DNA from: Acidimicrobiales bacterium
Lineage (GTDB): Bacteria > Actinomycetota > Acidimicrobiia > Acidimicrobiales > Acidimicrobilacustridaceae
DNA length: 64,000 nt
Direction: 5' to 3'
Assembly (NCBI GenBank): GCA_030830565.1
Contig: JAURMR010000042.1
Coordinates: forward strand, 34,072-98,071
The notes under the pieces were generated by a model, which was not told where the DNA came from, did not search any database, and saw only the letters and a program-made list of their open reading frames with translations. How positions within the stretch are numbered: the first letter of the stretch is position 1; the number at the start of each line of letters is the position of its first letter. Made by a program: the position numbers and the translations under genes. This document shows positions 19,087 through 28,912 of this stretch, in pieces.

Positions 19087-19714
19087 AACTCTTACCTCCC
19101 GCCCCACGCTGGCGGAGGCCGATGCACACCAGGCGCACGCTCACATCGACGCCGACACAAATACGGGCATCTCCAACACCAAGTTGGGCATGTGGTTGTT
19201 CCTGGCTTCTGAGTGCTTGTTGTTTGGTGGCTTGATCACCACCTACCTCCTCTACAAGCGACCGCTCGAGGGCCCGACCCCGGACGAGATTTTCGACATT
19301 CCGTTCACGTCGACTTCTTCGTTCGTGCTCCTCATGTCCTCGCTCACCATGGTGCTGGCAGTTTCAGCCATTGAGCGTGGCGAGCATCAGCGCATGCGTG
19401 TCTGGATCGGCGCCACGGCAGCTCTAGGCGCGACCTTTATCGCGGGTCAGATCTACGAATTCACCGTGTTTGTTCGTGAAGGTCTCGGCTTCACCACCAG
19501 CCGATTCAGTTCAGCGTTCTACACACTCACGGGTTTCCACGGCATCCACGTCACGATCGGCATCATCATGTTGGTGTCGCTCGTGTTGTTGTCGCTTCGA
19601 GGCAAAATTCCGGAACACAAGGCTGAGACCGTCGAAATCGTCGGTCTGTACTGGCACTTCGTTGATGTCGTTTGGGTCGTCATCTTCGCCGTCGTGTACC
19701 TCATCCCATCCTGA
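19079..19714 (+). CDS. ctaE: Cytochrome c oxidase subunit III
   Basis: GMWLFLASE, TGFHGIHV, LYWHFVDVVW; start codon uncertain (TTG). Confidence 0.95.
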   Translation: MAETLTSRPTLAEADAHQAHAHIDADTNTGISNTKLGMWLFLASECLLFGGLITTYLLYKRPLEGPTPDEIFDIPFTSTSSFVLLMSSLTMVLAVSAIERGEHQRMRVWIGATAALGATFIAGQIYEFTVFVREGLGFTTSRFSSAFYTLTGFHGIHVTIGIIMLVSLVLLSLRGKIPEHKAETVEIVGLYWHFVDVVWVVIFAVVYLIPS

Positions 19715-19728
19715 TCGAGGAGCATCAC

Positions 19729-20085
19729 ATGACCATCACTTCACATGACAACGTGCCCACCACCGTTCTCGATGGTGCCGTCAAGGACTATTCGCGGGAC
19801 AAGGTCTATGTCTTGACCGCGATCTTCCTTGCTGTTCTCACGATCATCGAAGTCTTCACCTACGCCGCACCGGATTTCCCCGTATGGGCCGATGAACTCC
19901 TCATTCCAGTGCTGATGATTCTGATGGCCGTGAAGTTCTTCACAATCATCTACGTCTTCATGCATCTGAAGTTCGATAAGCCCATCCTCACCCGCATTTT
20001 CTACATGGGCTTGGTCCTTGCGGTGCTCGTGTATATCGCAATGCTTTCGACCTTCCGTATTTGGTTCGACGGACAGCACGGCTGA
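19729..20085 (+). CDS. Cytochrome c oxidase subunit IV (prokaryotic COX4 / CyoD type)
   Basis: 3 TM; LTIIEV, KF, FMHLK; RBS GAGGAG. Confidence 0.88.
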   Translation: MTITSHDNVPTTVLDGAVKDYSRDKVYVLTAIFLAVLTIIEVFTYAAPDFPVWADELLIPVLMILMAVKFFTIIYVFMHLKFDKPILTRIFYMGLVLAVLVYIAMLSTFRIWFDGQHG

Positions 20086-20112
20086 TGCTGGTCGGTCCAC
20101 GAGTGACCGACA

Positions 20113-21033
20113 GTGATGATTGACATGTTTGCGAGCGGGTTCCCCTCTTTCACTGCCCACTGGGAAGTTTGGGGACTCGTTTTCGCGATCGCGGCCGGTG
20201 GCCTTTATGTTGCGCGCGTGATCGGTCCGAAGGTGGTCGAACCAGGTACCCAAGTTGTAAGCCGTCGACAGGTCATTTCGTTCTGGGCGGCACTGGCATT
20301 CATGGTGGCCGCATCGACCTGGCCGCTACATGACATCGCCGAACAGCGGTTGTATTCCGGTCACATGTTCCAGCACCTCGTGCTGACGATGGTTGTTCCG
20401 CCGCTTTTCCTGCTGTCCTGCCCGACTTGGCTCGCCGAACTCTTCGTCGCCACCGATGGAAAGTTGTGGCGGGTTGTGAGGGTTCTCGCGACACCAATTC
20501 TTGCGTTCTCGCTCTTCAATGCGTTCAACATGCTGAGCCATATGCAGCAGTTCGTGAATACGTCAGTCACGAATGGGCCGTTCCATTTCACCGCCCATGT
20601 GCTGTTTGTTGTCACCGCACTCATCATGTGGCTGCCGGTATGTGGCCCATGGCCGCAATTGCGGATTTCATTGCCGGCACAGATGGTCTACCTATTTGCC
20701 CAGTCGATTCTTCCGACGCTTCCGGCAGCTTGGCTTTGGCTCTCGCATTCACCGGTGTATGAGGCCTATGACCAGCCCATTCGGTTGTGGGGAATCACCG
20801 TGATGGACGATCAGGCTGCTGCTGGCCTCATCATGAAAGTGATCGAAGCGGCGTATTTGTGGGCGATCATTGCCGTGCTGTTCTTTCGATGGGCGTTGCG
20901 TCACCACAATGCTGATCGAGAAGGTCTGTATCTCACTGAACGTGAAATTTTGGAATGGGAAGACGGCGAACGGGGCGGCTTTGATCGTCCTGTTGCCGAG
21001 CCTGCACGTTCGGCGTCGCCTCTCAGCGACTGA
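20113..21033 (+). CDS. ctaG: Cytochrome c oxidase assembly factor (caa3 CtaG family)
   Basis: HMFQH...VPPL, WLPV, DDQAAAGLIMK. Confidence 0.87.
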   Translation: MMIDMFASGFPSFTAHWEVWGLVFAIAAGGLYVARVIGPKVVEPGTQVVSRRQVISFWAALAFMVAASTWPLHDIAEQRLYSGHMFQHLVLTMVVPPLFLLSCPTWLAELFVATDGKLWRVVRVLATPILAFSLFNAFNMLSHMQQFVNTSVTNGPFHFTAHVLFVVTALIMWLPVCGPWPQLRISLPAQMVYLFAQSILPTLPAAWLWLSHSPVYEAYDQPIRLWGITVMDDQAAAGLIMKVIEAAYLWAIIAVLFFRWALRHHNADREGLYLTEREILEWEDGERGGFDRPVAEPARSASPLSD

Positions 21034-21147
21034 GATCAGTGTTACAAAAGAGTTTTGTAGCAACTTGGTTAGAGTAAGGCCGTAACGCATTCGAGAGCGG
21101 TAGCGTTAGCAAATGCAAGGCGAAACCCTCCGAGTGAAACGCAACAT

Positions 21148-21858
21148 GTGACCGGCGATCGGTGGCGGAGAATCGCCGATCAGATTGAAGACGTTGACGT
21201 TTCACTTTCTCTGGGACGCCGTTTCTGTGTCGTTGTGTCTGATCTCCTCTCCGCAGATAAGGCGAGCCTCGCCTTGGTGGTGAATCACGCAACAAGTTGG
21301 ATCGAAGGATCAGATGACGCGGCAGTCATTCTTGACGAGCAACAGTTTTCTCTCGGTGACGGGCCGAGTTTTCTAGCGGTTGATTCACTGGCACCTGTGA
21401 TGGCGATTGACATGAACTCGCCAGAAGCACTTCGACGCTGGCCGGCATTTGCTCCCGTTGCGATTCGTCACGATGCAATTGCAGTGTTCTCATTTCCCCT
21501 CCGCGTTGGCGAAGCACGACTGGGGGTCATGAGCGCCTACAGAAGTCGTCCCGGAGAGCTCACGGCCGCGGAGTATGCCGATGGCCTGGTTCTGGCGTCC
21601 TTAGCCACCATGGCGCTACTGCAGCAACAAGCCGGCGTATCGCCGGGCGATCTTGCCGCAGCATTTTTGCCCGGCGTCACTCACCAGTCGCCGGTACAAC
21701 TTGCAGCAGGAATGGTGTCTGAGCAACTCGATATCCCCATCATTGAAGCGTTGGTGCGTCTTCGTGCTTACGCCTATTCCCATGAACAATCAGTGAATTC
21801 CGTTGCACGATCAGTCATCTCCCGAGAGCTGGCGTTCCATGAAGAGGAAGAGCAATGA
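21148..21858 (+). CDS. GAF and ANTAR domain protein
   Basis: EQQFSLGDGP, RWPAFA, FPL; ANTAR QLAAGMV...EALVRLRAYA. Confidence 0.88.
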   Translation: MTGDRWRRIADQIEDVDVSLSLGRRFCVVVSDLLSADKASLALVVNHATSWIEGSDDAAVILDEQQFSLGDGPSFLAVDSLAPVMAIDMNSPEALRRWPAFAPVAIRHDAIAVFSFPLRVGEARLGVMSAYRSRPGELTAAEYADGLVLASLATMALLQQQAGVSPGDLAAAFLPGVTHQSPVQLAAGMVSEQLDIPIIEALVRLRAYAYSHEQSVNSVARSVISRELAFHEEEEQ

Positions 21859-22613
21859 CAACATCAACAGGAACAACGTTTGAGTTGCCAGATGCATCGC
21901 AGTTGGCGGCGGCCTTTGTCGACTTGGCGCGATCGGTGAACGACGGCAAAGACATGGTTGAAGTGTTTTCTATGTTGGCCGAGCGCTGTGTGACGGTTTT
22001 GTCGGTCGCGGCATGTGGAATATTGGTGATTGATCCGATTGGCGAGCTTGAGGTGATTGGCTCCTCAAATCATTCCGCCCACTTGCTCGATCTGTTCCAA
22101 GTGCAGAATGTCGAAGGACCGTGTTTGCAGTGTTGTCGCACCGGCGAGGCAGTCATCGATACCGAACTTTCAGAGACCGGTCCATGGCCGGGCTTCGCGT
22201 CGGCGGCCCGGAGCCAGGGTTACTTGGCCGTCTATGCGGTTCCCCTTGCTGCGCGCGGGGTTGTCGTTGGTGCGCTCAATCTTTTCGCTCACACGGCGAT
22301 TCAAGACGAGGAAATCGCCGTTGCGCAGGCGCTGGCTGATGCAGCGACGATTGCGTTGTTGCAGGCCGATCCTCGTGAAGACGCACTTGTCGTGACGCGT
22401 CGCCTGCACATGGTGGTGGAAGAGCGGAACACGATCGAACAGGCAAAGGGAATTCTTTCGCAACGATTCAGTATTGATGCGGAAGAAGCATCTGTGCAGT
22501 TACGCCGAGCCGGAGAGCGAACCGGAACTCGTTTGGTTGATGTCGCCACGGCGGTGGTGACCCGAGACAACTCATACGACGCCGCCCGATTGTTGGCGAA
22601 CCCGATTACGTGA
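21855..22613 (+). CDS. GAF and ANTAR domain protein
   Basis: EGPC, WPGFA, GALNLF; ANTAR IEQAKGIL; ATGA overlap with previous gene. Confidence 0.9.
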   Translation: MTTSTGTTFELPDASQLAAAFVDLARSVNDGKDMVEVFSMLAERCVTVLSVAACGILVIDPIGELEVIGSSNHSAHLLDLFQVQNVEGPCLQCCRTGEAVIDTELSETGPWPGFASAARSQGYLAVYAVPLAARGVVVGALNLFAHTAIQDEEIAVAQALADAATIALLQADPREDALVVTRRLHMVVEERNTIEQAKGILSQRFSIDAEEASVQLRRAGERTGTRLVDVATAVVTRDNSYDAARLLANPIT

Positions 22614-22712
22614 ATCAGGAAAATAGCCCGATTGGAGAACAGATCAATTCGCAAAGAGACATCGTTCGCTTTGATTTCGTCTTTCTACGTGGCAGTTGAT
22701 TGCTCAGTGCTT

Positions 22713-23441
22713 CTACTCCCAGCGGAAGAACTTCACCGCAGCGAGCGGCGCACACACGGCCCATATGGCAAGCACAATCCATGCTGAGCCTGCTCCTGGT
22801 GCGCCACTGCGCAAGCAGGACTGCAGCACTTGACTGAGGGCACCGGAAGGCAGCACCTTGCCAATTGTGCCCAAGAAACTGGGCATTTCACTGAATGGAA
22901 TGATCATTCCGCCCAGTAAAAGCAGCAGGAGATAGAGCCCGTTGGCGAGAGCGAGGGTGACGGTTCCGCGCAATGTTCCGGCCATAAGCAGGCCAATGCC
23001 GCCGAAGGCGAAAGCACCAAGGACAACTGCGGGGATTGCTAGCCAAGGGTTGCCACCAGGATTCCATCCAAGAAGAAACGCGGCGATCACGATGAGAGCA
23101 ATCTGTAAGACGAGAAGAACCTTGACCATCCCGATCTTCGCTAATACCCATCGTCCGCGACCAAGAGGCGTGGAACCGAGTCGCTTGAGCACTTTGTAGT
23201 GACGTTCGAATCCAGTTCCAATGGCGAGTGCAACCATCGCGTTGGACATCACCGCAAGGGCGATGATGCCAGGAGCAAGGAAGTCGACGCGCTTGTCAAC
23301 GCCTGTTGGGATCGGCAACACCTTGACTGCGGAGAAGAACACCAAGAGCAACAAGGGAATGGCGATGTTGACGAGAAGTTGCTCACCATTTCGGAGGCTG
23401 AGCATCAGTTCCGAACGGGTTTGAGCAAGAAGTGCTTTCAT
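22713..23441 (-). CDS. ABC-2 transporter permease (Rv1457c-like)
   Basis: LRNGEQLL, FER...LKRLGSTPL, C-terminal FRWE. Confidence 0.9.
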   Translation of the reverse strand: MKALLAQTRSELMLSLRNGEQLLVNIAIPLLLLVFFSAVKVLPIPTGVDKRVDFLAPGIIALAVMSNAMVALAIGTGFERHYKVLKRLGSTPLGRGRWVLAKIGMVKVLLVLQIALIVIAAFLLGWNPGGNPWLAIPAVVLGAFAFGGIGLLMAGTLRGTVTLALANGLYLLLLLLGGMIIPFSEMPSFLGTIGKVLPSGALSQVLQSCLRSGAPGAGSAWIVLAIWAVCAPLAAVKFFRWE

Positions 23442-24409
23442 CGACGTGACTTCCGTCGACGAGAGGGCGTTGATTCCGGTGTATCGGTGTTTGCGTCGGC
23501 AGTAAGCCGCAAGAACACATCTTCAAGTCGTTGACGACCTGCCCGGAGATCCGCCAAAGGAAGATCCATCTCAGCTAACCAAGCGGTGATTGCCGCAACC
23601 ATCGATGGCGTCGCCGCGGAGGCCACCACGTATTCACCGGGTGATGCTTCGGTTACAGCAGCGCCAACACGCGCACCGAGAGATGACACATCGAGGCCCG
23701 ACGGGGCGCCGAAACGAACCTCGTCACCTTGAGAAGCGCGCATGAGTTCGGCGGGAGTTCCATCAGCGAGCACAACACCGTGATCAATGATGACGACGTG
23801 GTCGGCGAGCTTCTCAGCTTCTTCAAGATCATGCGTTGTGAGAAGGACGGCCACACCGCGATCGCGGAGATCTGCAATTACTCGGCGAATGAGTTGGCGT
23901 CCCGCGGGGTCGATGCCGGCGGTTGGTTCGTCAAGGAACGCAACATCGGGACGACCAACCAACGCGAGTGCAAGAGAAAGCCGTTGTTGTTCTCCACCCG
24001 ACATCGAACGCCAGGTCGATGATCGGTGGTCGGCCAACCCGACGAGGTCGAGCAGTTCATCGGGGTCAATCGGATTGTCGTAGTACGAGGCGAACAGGTG
24101 CAGCGCTTCGGCGGGGCGCATACCGGTCGCGACGCCGCCCGATTGCAACATCACACCGATTCGGGCGACCAACTGACGGTGTTCGGCGACCGGATCGAGC
24201 CCGAGTACCCGGACTGTTCCCGACGTGGGACGGCGATAGCCCTCGAGGGTTTCAACCGTGGAGGTCTTTCCTGCGCCATTGGGACCGAGAAGAGCGGTGA
24301 TCTGCCCGGACATGGCCCGAAAGGAGAGGCCATTCACGGCAACGCGATCGCCGTAGTAAATGGCGAGGTCAGAGACCTCGATCGCTGGCTGGGACTCAGA
24401 AGAAACCAC
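23438..24409 (-). CDS. ABC transporter ATP-binding protein (Rv1458c-like)
   Basis: GPNGAGKT, MSGGEQQR, FLDEPT, TTH. Confidence 0.95.
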   Translation of the reverse strand: MVSSESQPAIEVSDLAIYYGDRVAVNGLSFRAMSGQITALLGPNGAGKTSTVETLEGYRRPTSGTVRVLGLDPVAEHRQLVARIGVMLQSGGVATGMRPAEALHLFASYYDNPIDPDELLDLVGLADHRSSTWRSMSGGEQQRLSLALALVGRPDVAFLDEPTAGIDPAGRQLIRRVIADLRDRGVAVLLTTHDLEEAEKLADHVVIIDHGVVLADGTPAELMRASQGDEVRFGAPSGLDVSSLGARVGAAVTEASPGEYVVASAATPSMVAAITAWLAEMDLPLADLRAGRQRLEDVFLRLTADANTDTPESTPSRRRKSRR

Positions 24410-24448
24410 GATCTGACGCTACCGGGCCGACGACTACGGTTCAGAACC

Positions 24449-25741
24449 GTGATCGACGTTCGCCGAATCCGTTCTGACTATGACGCCGTCCGCGCCTCGC
24501 TCGCCCGCCGTGGTGACGAAGGCGCCTTGCGCGACCTCGCTCAGGTTGCCGAACTGGACGAAAAGAGCCGCCAGATCTCGGCGGAGCGGGACGATCTGCG
24601 GGCCCAGGTCAACGGTCTGTCCAAAGAGGTCGGTCAGTTGCGTCGCGATGGCGATACGGCGGCGGCCGAAGCGCTGCAGGAACAGAGTCGCCAACTCGGA
24701 GATCGCGAGCGCGAGGTTGCCGCCGCTGCGGATGAGGTTGGTGCGCAGATCCGAAATCTTTTGCTGCACATCCCCAACCTTCCGTCACCGGATTGCCCCG
24801 ATGGATCGAGCGAGGCCGACAACGTTGAAGTGAAGCGAGTTGGTGTTGGCGATGACCCATCTGCGTGGGCGGAATATCAGCGCGTTCCTCACTGGGATAT
24901 CGGAACTGAACTCGGCATTCTTGATTTGGAACGCGCCGTGAAGATGTCGGGTGCGATGTTCACGATGTTCCGTGGCCAGGGCGCAACTCTGTCGCGTGCG
25001 CTGTGTCAGGTCGCACTTGATCGCAATGCCGATGCATTCGAAGAAGTTCGTCCTCCCACCGTTGTGCTCACCGACACGATGGTGAGCACCGGGCACCTTC
25101 CGAAGTTCATTGATGACGCGTATCACCTCGAACGCGACGATCTTTGGGCGATTCCGACTGCCGAAGTTCCGCTGACCTCACTCGCACGAGACGAGATCCT
25201 TCGCGGCGCCGATCTTCCGATGCGCCTCATGGCGCAAACTGCGTGCTTCCGTCGTGAAGCCGGTTCGGCTGGTCGCGACACTCGTGGACTGTTGCGCGTT
25301 CACGAGTTCGACAAGGTCGAGATCCTTGCCTATGCAACGCCCGAGCAAGCCCCGGCGCTTCACGAAGAGCTTCTTGCTCGCGCCGAAGGGCTCATCGGTG
25401 CGCTTGGTCTCACCTACCGCGTGCTCGATCTGTGCACTGGCGATATTGGTAATTCATCGGCTCGCACCTTCGATATTGAGGTGTATGCACCTGGAGTCGA
25501 CCAGTGGCTCGAAGTGTCTTCGGTGTCATGGTTCACCGACTATCAGGCTCGTCGCGCCAACATTCGATACAAGGCCGAAGGCGCAAAGGGCAGCGAGATT
25601 GCACACACATTGAACGGCTCTGCACTTGCGGTTCCGCGTGTCTGGGCGGCTGTCGTTGAAACCCATCGCCAGCCCGACGGCACCGTGCGCATCCCTGAGA
25701 TTCTGCAGCCGTATATGCGCGGCGCAACCTCAATCGGCTGA
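24449..25741 (+). CDS. serS: Serine--tRNA ligase
   Basis: N-terminal coiled coil, PTAEVP, CFRREAG, RVHEFDKVE, TLNGSALA; GTG start 24449. Confidence 0.97.
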   Translation: MIDVRRIRSDYDAVRASLARRGDEGALRDLAQVAELDEKSRQISAERDDLRAQVNGLSKEVGQLRRDGDTAAAEALQEQSRQLGDREREVAAAADEVGAQIRNLLLHIPNLPSPDCPDGSSEADNVEVKRVGVGDDPSAWAEYQRVPHWDIGTELGILDLERAVKMSGAMFTMFRGQGATLSRALCQVALDRNADAFEEVRPPTVVLTDTMVSTGHLPKFIDDAYHLERDDLWAIPTAEVPLTSLARDEILRGADLPMRLMAQTACFRREAGSAGRDTRGLLRVHEFDKVEILAYATPEQAPALHEELLARAEGLIGALGLTYRVLDLCTGDIGNSSARTFDIEVYAPGVDQWLEVSSVSWFTDYQARRANIRYKAEGAKGSEIAHTLNGSALAVPRVWAAVVETHRQPDGTVRIPEILQPYMRGATSIG

Positions 25742-25748
25742 ATCACGC

Positions 25749-26150
25749 GTGAATCTCGTTCGTCGATTCGCCGTTATTGCGGTGGGCGGTGTTCTTGGTT
25801 CATGGATGCGCTGGCGATTGTCAGTGTGGTTTCCAGTTGCATCCGGAACATTTCCAATCACAACGCTTGCCATCAACCTTGTTGGATCCGCGCTGATCGG
25901 CGTGGTGCTCGTGCTGTTTCTTGACCGCCAGCCGTCGCAATTTCTCACACACTCGTTTCTCGGAACCGGCATTCTCGGCGCGTTCACCACGTTCTCGACG
26001 TTCACGGTAGAAAGCGCAGAACTTTTGCGGCAATCCAGGCCGCTGACGGCGCTCGCCTATGTCATTGCATCAGTTGTTGGTGGAGTACTTGTGGCTTTGG
26101 CGGCGATGCGCCTTACTCGTCGAGCCATACATCTTGAGGTCGCCTCATGA
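25749..26150 (+). CDS. crcB: Fluoride channel Fluc/CrcB, first paralogue
   Basis: GG..G...R, TLAINLVGS, GILGAFTTFSTF. Confidence 0.92.
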   Translation: MNLVRRFAVIAVGGVLGSWMRWRLSVWFPVASGTFPITTLAINLVGSALIGVVLVLFLDRQPSQFLTHSFLGTGILGAFTTFSTFTVESAELLRQSRPLTALAYVIASVVGGVLVALAAMRLTRRAIHLEVAS

Positions 26151-26518
26151 CCGCTTGGATCATCGTCGGTTTGGCAGGGGCATTGGGCGCAACGAGTCGT
26201 CACGCCGCCGACATCGGCTTGCGCCGTTGGTTTCCGCACGGCCCTTCGATCGGCATTCTCGTGGTGAACCTTCTGGGCTCATTCGTCCTCGGCGTTGTGG
26301 TTGGGATCGCTGCGACTCAGATCATCAACGAGAACCTGCGCTTGGGTGTAGCCGCTGGCTTCTGCGGTGCCTTCACCACGTTTTCGACCTTTGCTGCCGA
26401 ACTCGCTGGACTTGTAAATGATCGCAATCGCCGGATGTTGTTGCAGTGGACCGCGCTCATGGTGATTGGCGGTGGCATCGCCGCCTACGCCGGCATCGCT
26501 CTCGGTCGCACATGGTGA
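26147..26518 (+). CDS. crcB: Fluoride channel Fluc/CrcB, second paralogue
   Basis: VNLLGSF, GFCGAFTTFSTF. Confidence 0.92.
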   Translation: MTAWIIVGLAGALGATSRHAADIGLRRWFPHGPSIGILVVNLLGSFVLGVVVGIAATQIINENLRLGVAAGFCGAFTTFSTFAAELAGLVNDRNRRMLLQWTALMVIGGGIAAYAGIALGRTW

Positions 26519-26561
26519 GCTGCGCTTGGCGCGTCGATCCAGAGTGGAGTGGACTGGACCT

Positions 26562-27215
26562 ATGAGCGCTTCTCCCAAACTTGACGCACTGCGAGACGAA
26601 CTACAGGCGAAGGGACTTCGGCGCGCGGATCTTCACGATGATCCATTTGCGCAGTTTGACGCTTGGTTCCAGTTTGCAAGTGAAGCGGATGTTCACGAAC
26701 CTCATGCCATGGTGGTCTCGAGCGTTGGTGCCGATGGCATGCCGTCATCCCGACACGTTTTACTCAAGGGTTTCGATCATGGTTTTGTGTTCTTCACGAA
26801 TTACACGAGCCAAAAGGGTCGTGAACTGATCGATCATCCGCAGGCATCGATTTGTTTTCCTTGGAACATCCTTTCTCGCCAAGTCCGCGTTGTGGGTGCC
26901 GTTGAGAAAGTCACCGAAGCCGAAAGCGACGAGTACTTCAGCACGCGGCCCCGCGGAAGTCAGACCGGTGCATGGGCCTCGCATCAAAGTGAAGTGATTG
27001 CTGATCGATCAGTTCTTGAAGAGCGTTGGGCGGAAGCCGAGGGACGGTTCGAGGGCGTCGACGTTCCTCGACCCCCACATTGGGGTGGCTTTCGAGTGCT
27101 TCCGCGCGAAATTGAGTTTTGGCAGGGCAAGCCCTCACGACTGCACGACCGATTTCGTTACACCGTCGACGCGTCGCAACCCACCGGTTGGCGCGTTGAA
27201 CGACTCAGCCCCTGA
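26562..27215 (+). CDS. pdxH: Pyridoxamine 5'-phosphate oxidase
   Basis: RHVLLK, FFTNYTSQKG, WASHQS, EFWQG..SRLHDR, RLSP. Confidence 0.95.
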   Translation: MSASPKLDALRDELQAKGLRRADLHDDPFAQFDAWFQFASEADVHEPHAMVVSSVGADGMPSSRHVLLKGFDHGFVFFTNYTSQKGRELIDHPQASICFPWNILSRQVRVVGAVEKVTEAESDEYFSTRPRGSQTGAWASHQSEVIADRSVLEERWAEAEGRFEGVDVPRPPHWGGFRVLPREIEFWQGKPSRLHDRFRYTVDASQPTGWRVERLSP

Positions 27216-27227
27216 ACGCGTAACGGG

Positions 27228-28160
27228 TTAGGGCAGAACCTTCATCACTTCTTCGGCCAACAGGTGAATGTGGTCAAGATCGTCCATGTCGAGCACCTGC
27301 AGGTAGATGCGAGTTGCGCCGGCTTCAGCGAATGATGCGATCTTGTCGAGTACCTGCGCTGGTGAACCAGCAGCACCGTTCTGAATGAGTTCATCGACTT
27401 CGCGTCCAATGTTCTGGGCACGACGAGCGACCTCAGCATCGTTCGCGCCAACGCAAAGGACCTGAGCGACCGAATAGGTCATCGACTCCGGGTCACGACC
27501 ACGCGCTTCGCACGAAGCGCGCACGTTGTCGCAGGACGCTCGATAGATATCGAGTGGGGGAAACGGAAGATTGAATTCATTGGCGTATTTGGCAGCCAAT
27601 GCAGGTGTGCGCTTGGGGCCGTAGCCGCCCATGATGATCGGCGGGCCACCAAGTTGAACGGGCTTGGGAATCGCAGGCGAACCGACGATGGTGTGGTGTT
27701 GACCTTCGAACGAGTACTGCGAATCGATCGGTGTGTTCCACATGCCCGTAATGATTTCGAGTTGCTCTTCGAGAATGTCGAAGCGTTGCCCAAGTGTGGG
27801 AAACGGAATTCCATAAGCGGTGTGTTCGGCATCGAACCAACCAGCGCCGAGACCAAGTTCGATTCGACCGTCGCTCATGTCATCGATTTGCGCGACCGCA
27901 ACCGCCAACTGTCCCGGCAATCGGAAGGTTGCCGAAGCGACGAGTGTGCCAAGACGAATTGTGCTGGTTTCGCGCGCGATTGCACCGAGGGTGACCCAAG
28001 AATCGGTGGGGCCAGGAAGCGGATCACCGGCGCCCATGCGTAAGTAATGATCGGAACGGAAGAAGGCGTCGAAACCGAGCTGTTCAGCAAGTTGCGCGAC
28101 GGCAAGTTGCTGGCGGTACGAAGCGCCCTGCTGGGGTTCAACAAAGATGCGAAGTTCCAT
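27228..28160 (-). CDS. LLM-class (F420-dependent) oxidoreductase
   Basis: FVEPQQGA, FFRSDHY, GRIELGLGAGW. Confidence 0.92.
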   Translation of the reverse strand: MELRIFVEPQQGASYRQQLAVAQLAEQLGFDAFFRSDHYLRMGAGDPLPGPTDSWVTLGAIARETSTIRLGTLVASATFRLPGQLAVAVAQIDDMSDGRIELGLGAGWFDAEHTAYGIPFPTLGQRFDILEEQLEIITGMWNTPIDSQYSFEGQHHTIVGSPAIPKPVQLGGPPIIMGGYGPKRTPALAAKYANEFNLPFPPLDIYRASCDNVRASCEARGRDPESMTYSVAQVLCVGANDAEVARRAQNIGREVDELIQNGAAGSPAQVLDKIASFAEAGATRIYLQVLDMDDLDHIHLLAEEVMKVLP

Positions 28161-28189
28161 ACCCCGAGGCTATCGGCGGTGCTAAACGG

Positions 28190-28816
28190 CTAGTGGTTGT
28201 TGTTGACCCAGCCGAGTGTTTCGGCCGACAGTTCGAAGTTGGCGACCTCAACAAGGGCGAGTGCTTCGATGTCGGCAAAGGTGTCGTCAGTAAGTGCAAA
28301 GAGATCTGCGGCCGAAGCTCTGGCAAGACTCAACGCCATGTTCTTGAACGTGAGTGTTTTGGCCATTCGCGCAGGAACGCCCAGTCGTTCAAGATGTTCG
28401 ATCCACCAGTCACTGAGCGAACTCATTGAGGCTCGGAGTTTCTCTGATTGGTAGTTCTGCGCACTTAGGTAGGCCGCGAGCTGGAAGATCATCTGTCCTC
28501 GCGGGAGGATCCTGGCAAGTGGGGGTTTTTGTTGAGAGCCAAGTCCTTCGGAATCGGCCGAAGCAACAACTTCAGAGGCGTTGGCCAGACGTTGTTCGGT
28601 CAGTTCGGCGACGACAGCGTCAAGCAGTTCGAATCGCGTCCCGAAATGGCGGTAGATCGTGGCCCGGTTGATACCGGCGGTATCGGCGATGAGTTGGTCG
28701 GAAATATCGCCGATGGGGCGTGTTTCGAGGAGCTCAATGACGGCCTCGATGAAGAGTTTCGTAGCCCGAGCCTTGGGGATCTGCGGGGACCGCGTGGGTC
28801 TGGTGCTTGACGCCAT
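28190..28816 (-). CDS. TetR/AcrR-family transcriptional regulator
   Basis: HTH IADTAGINRATIYRHF. Confidence 0.85.
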   Translation of the reverse strand: MASSTRPTRSPQIPKARATKLFIEAVIELLETRPIGDISDQLIADTAGINRATIYRHFGTRFELLDAVVAELTEQRLANASEVVASADSEGLGSQQKPPLARILPRGQMIFQLAAYLSAQNYQSEKLRASMSSLSDWWIEHLERLGVPARMAKTLTFKNMALSLARASAADLFALTDDTFADIEALALVEVANFELSAETLGWVNNNH

Positions 28817-28912
28817 TGAAGAAACTTATCGAAGAATGCGTGTTGTTCGAGGCCTCGATGTTCGCGTTGTGCGGCCTCGTTCGACTTGTCGGCACGGCGG
28901 CCCAACCCGCAA

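Noticed and set aside
21034-21147. Canonical ANTAR twin-hairpin target RNA
   Set aside because: No pair of C-ANNGNN-G hexaloop hairpins found by eye
24026-24448. Long N-terminal extension of SerS in the ORF track
   Set aside because: Overlaps the ABC ATPase on the opposite strand; SerS homology starts at GTG 24449
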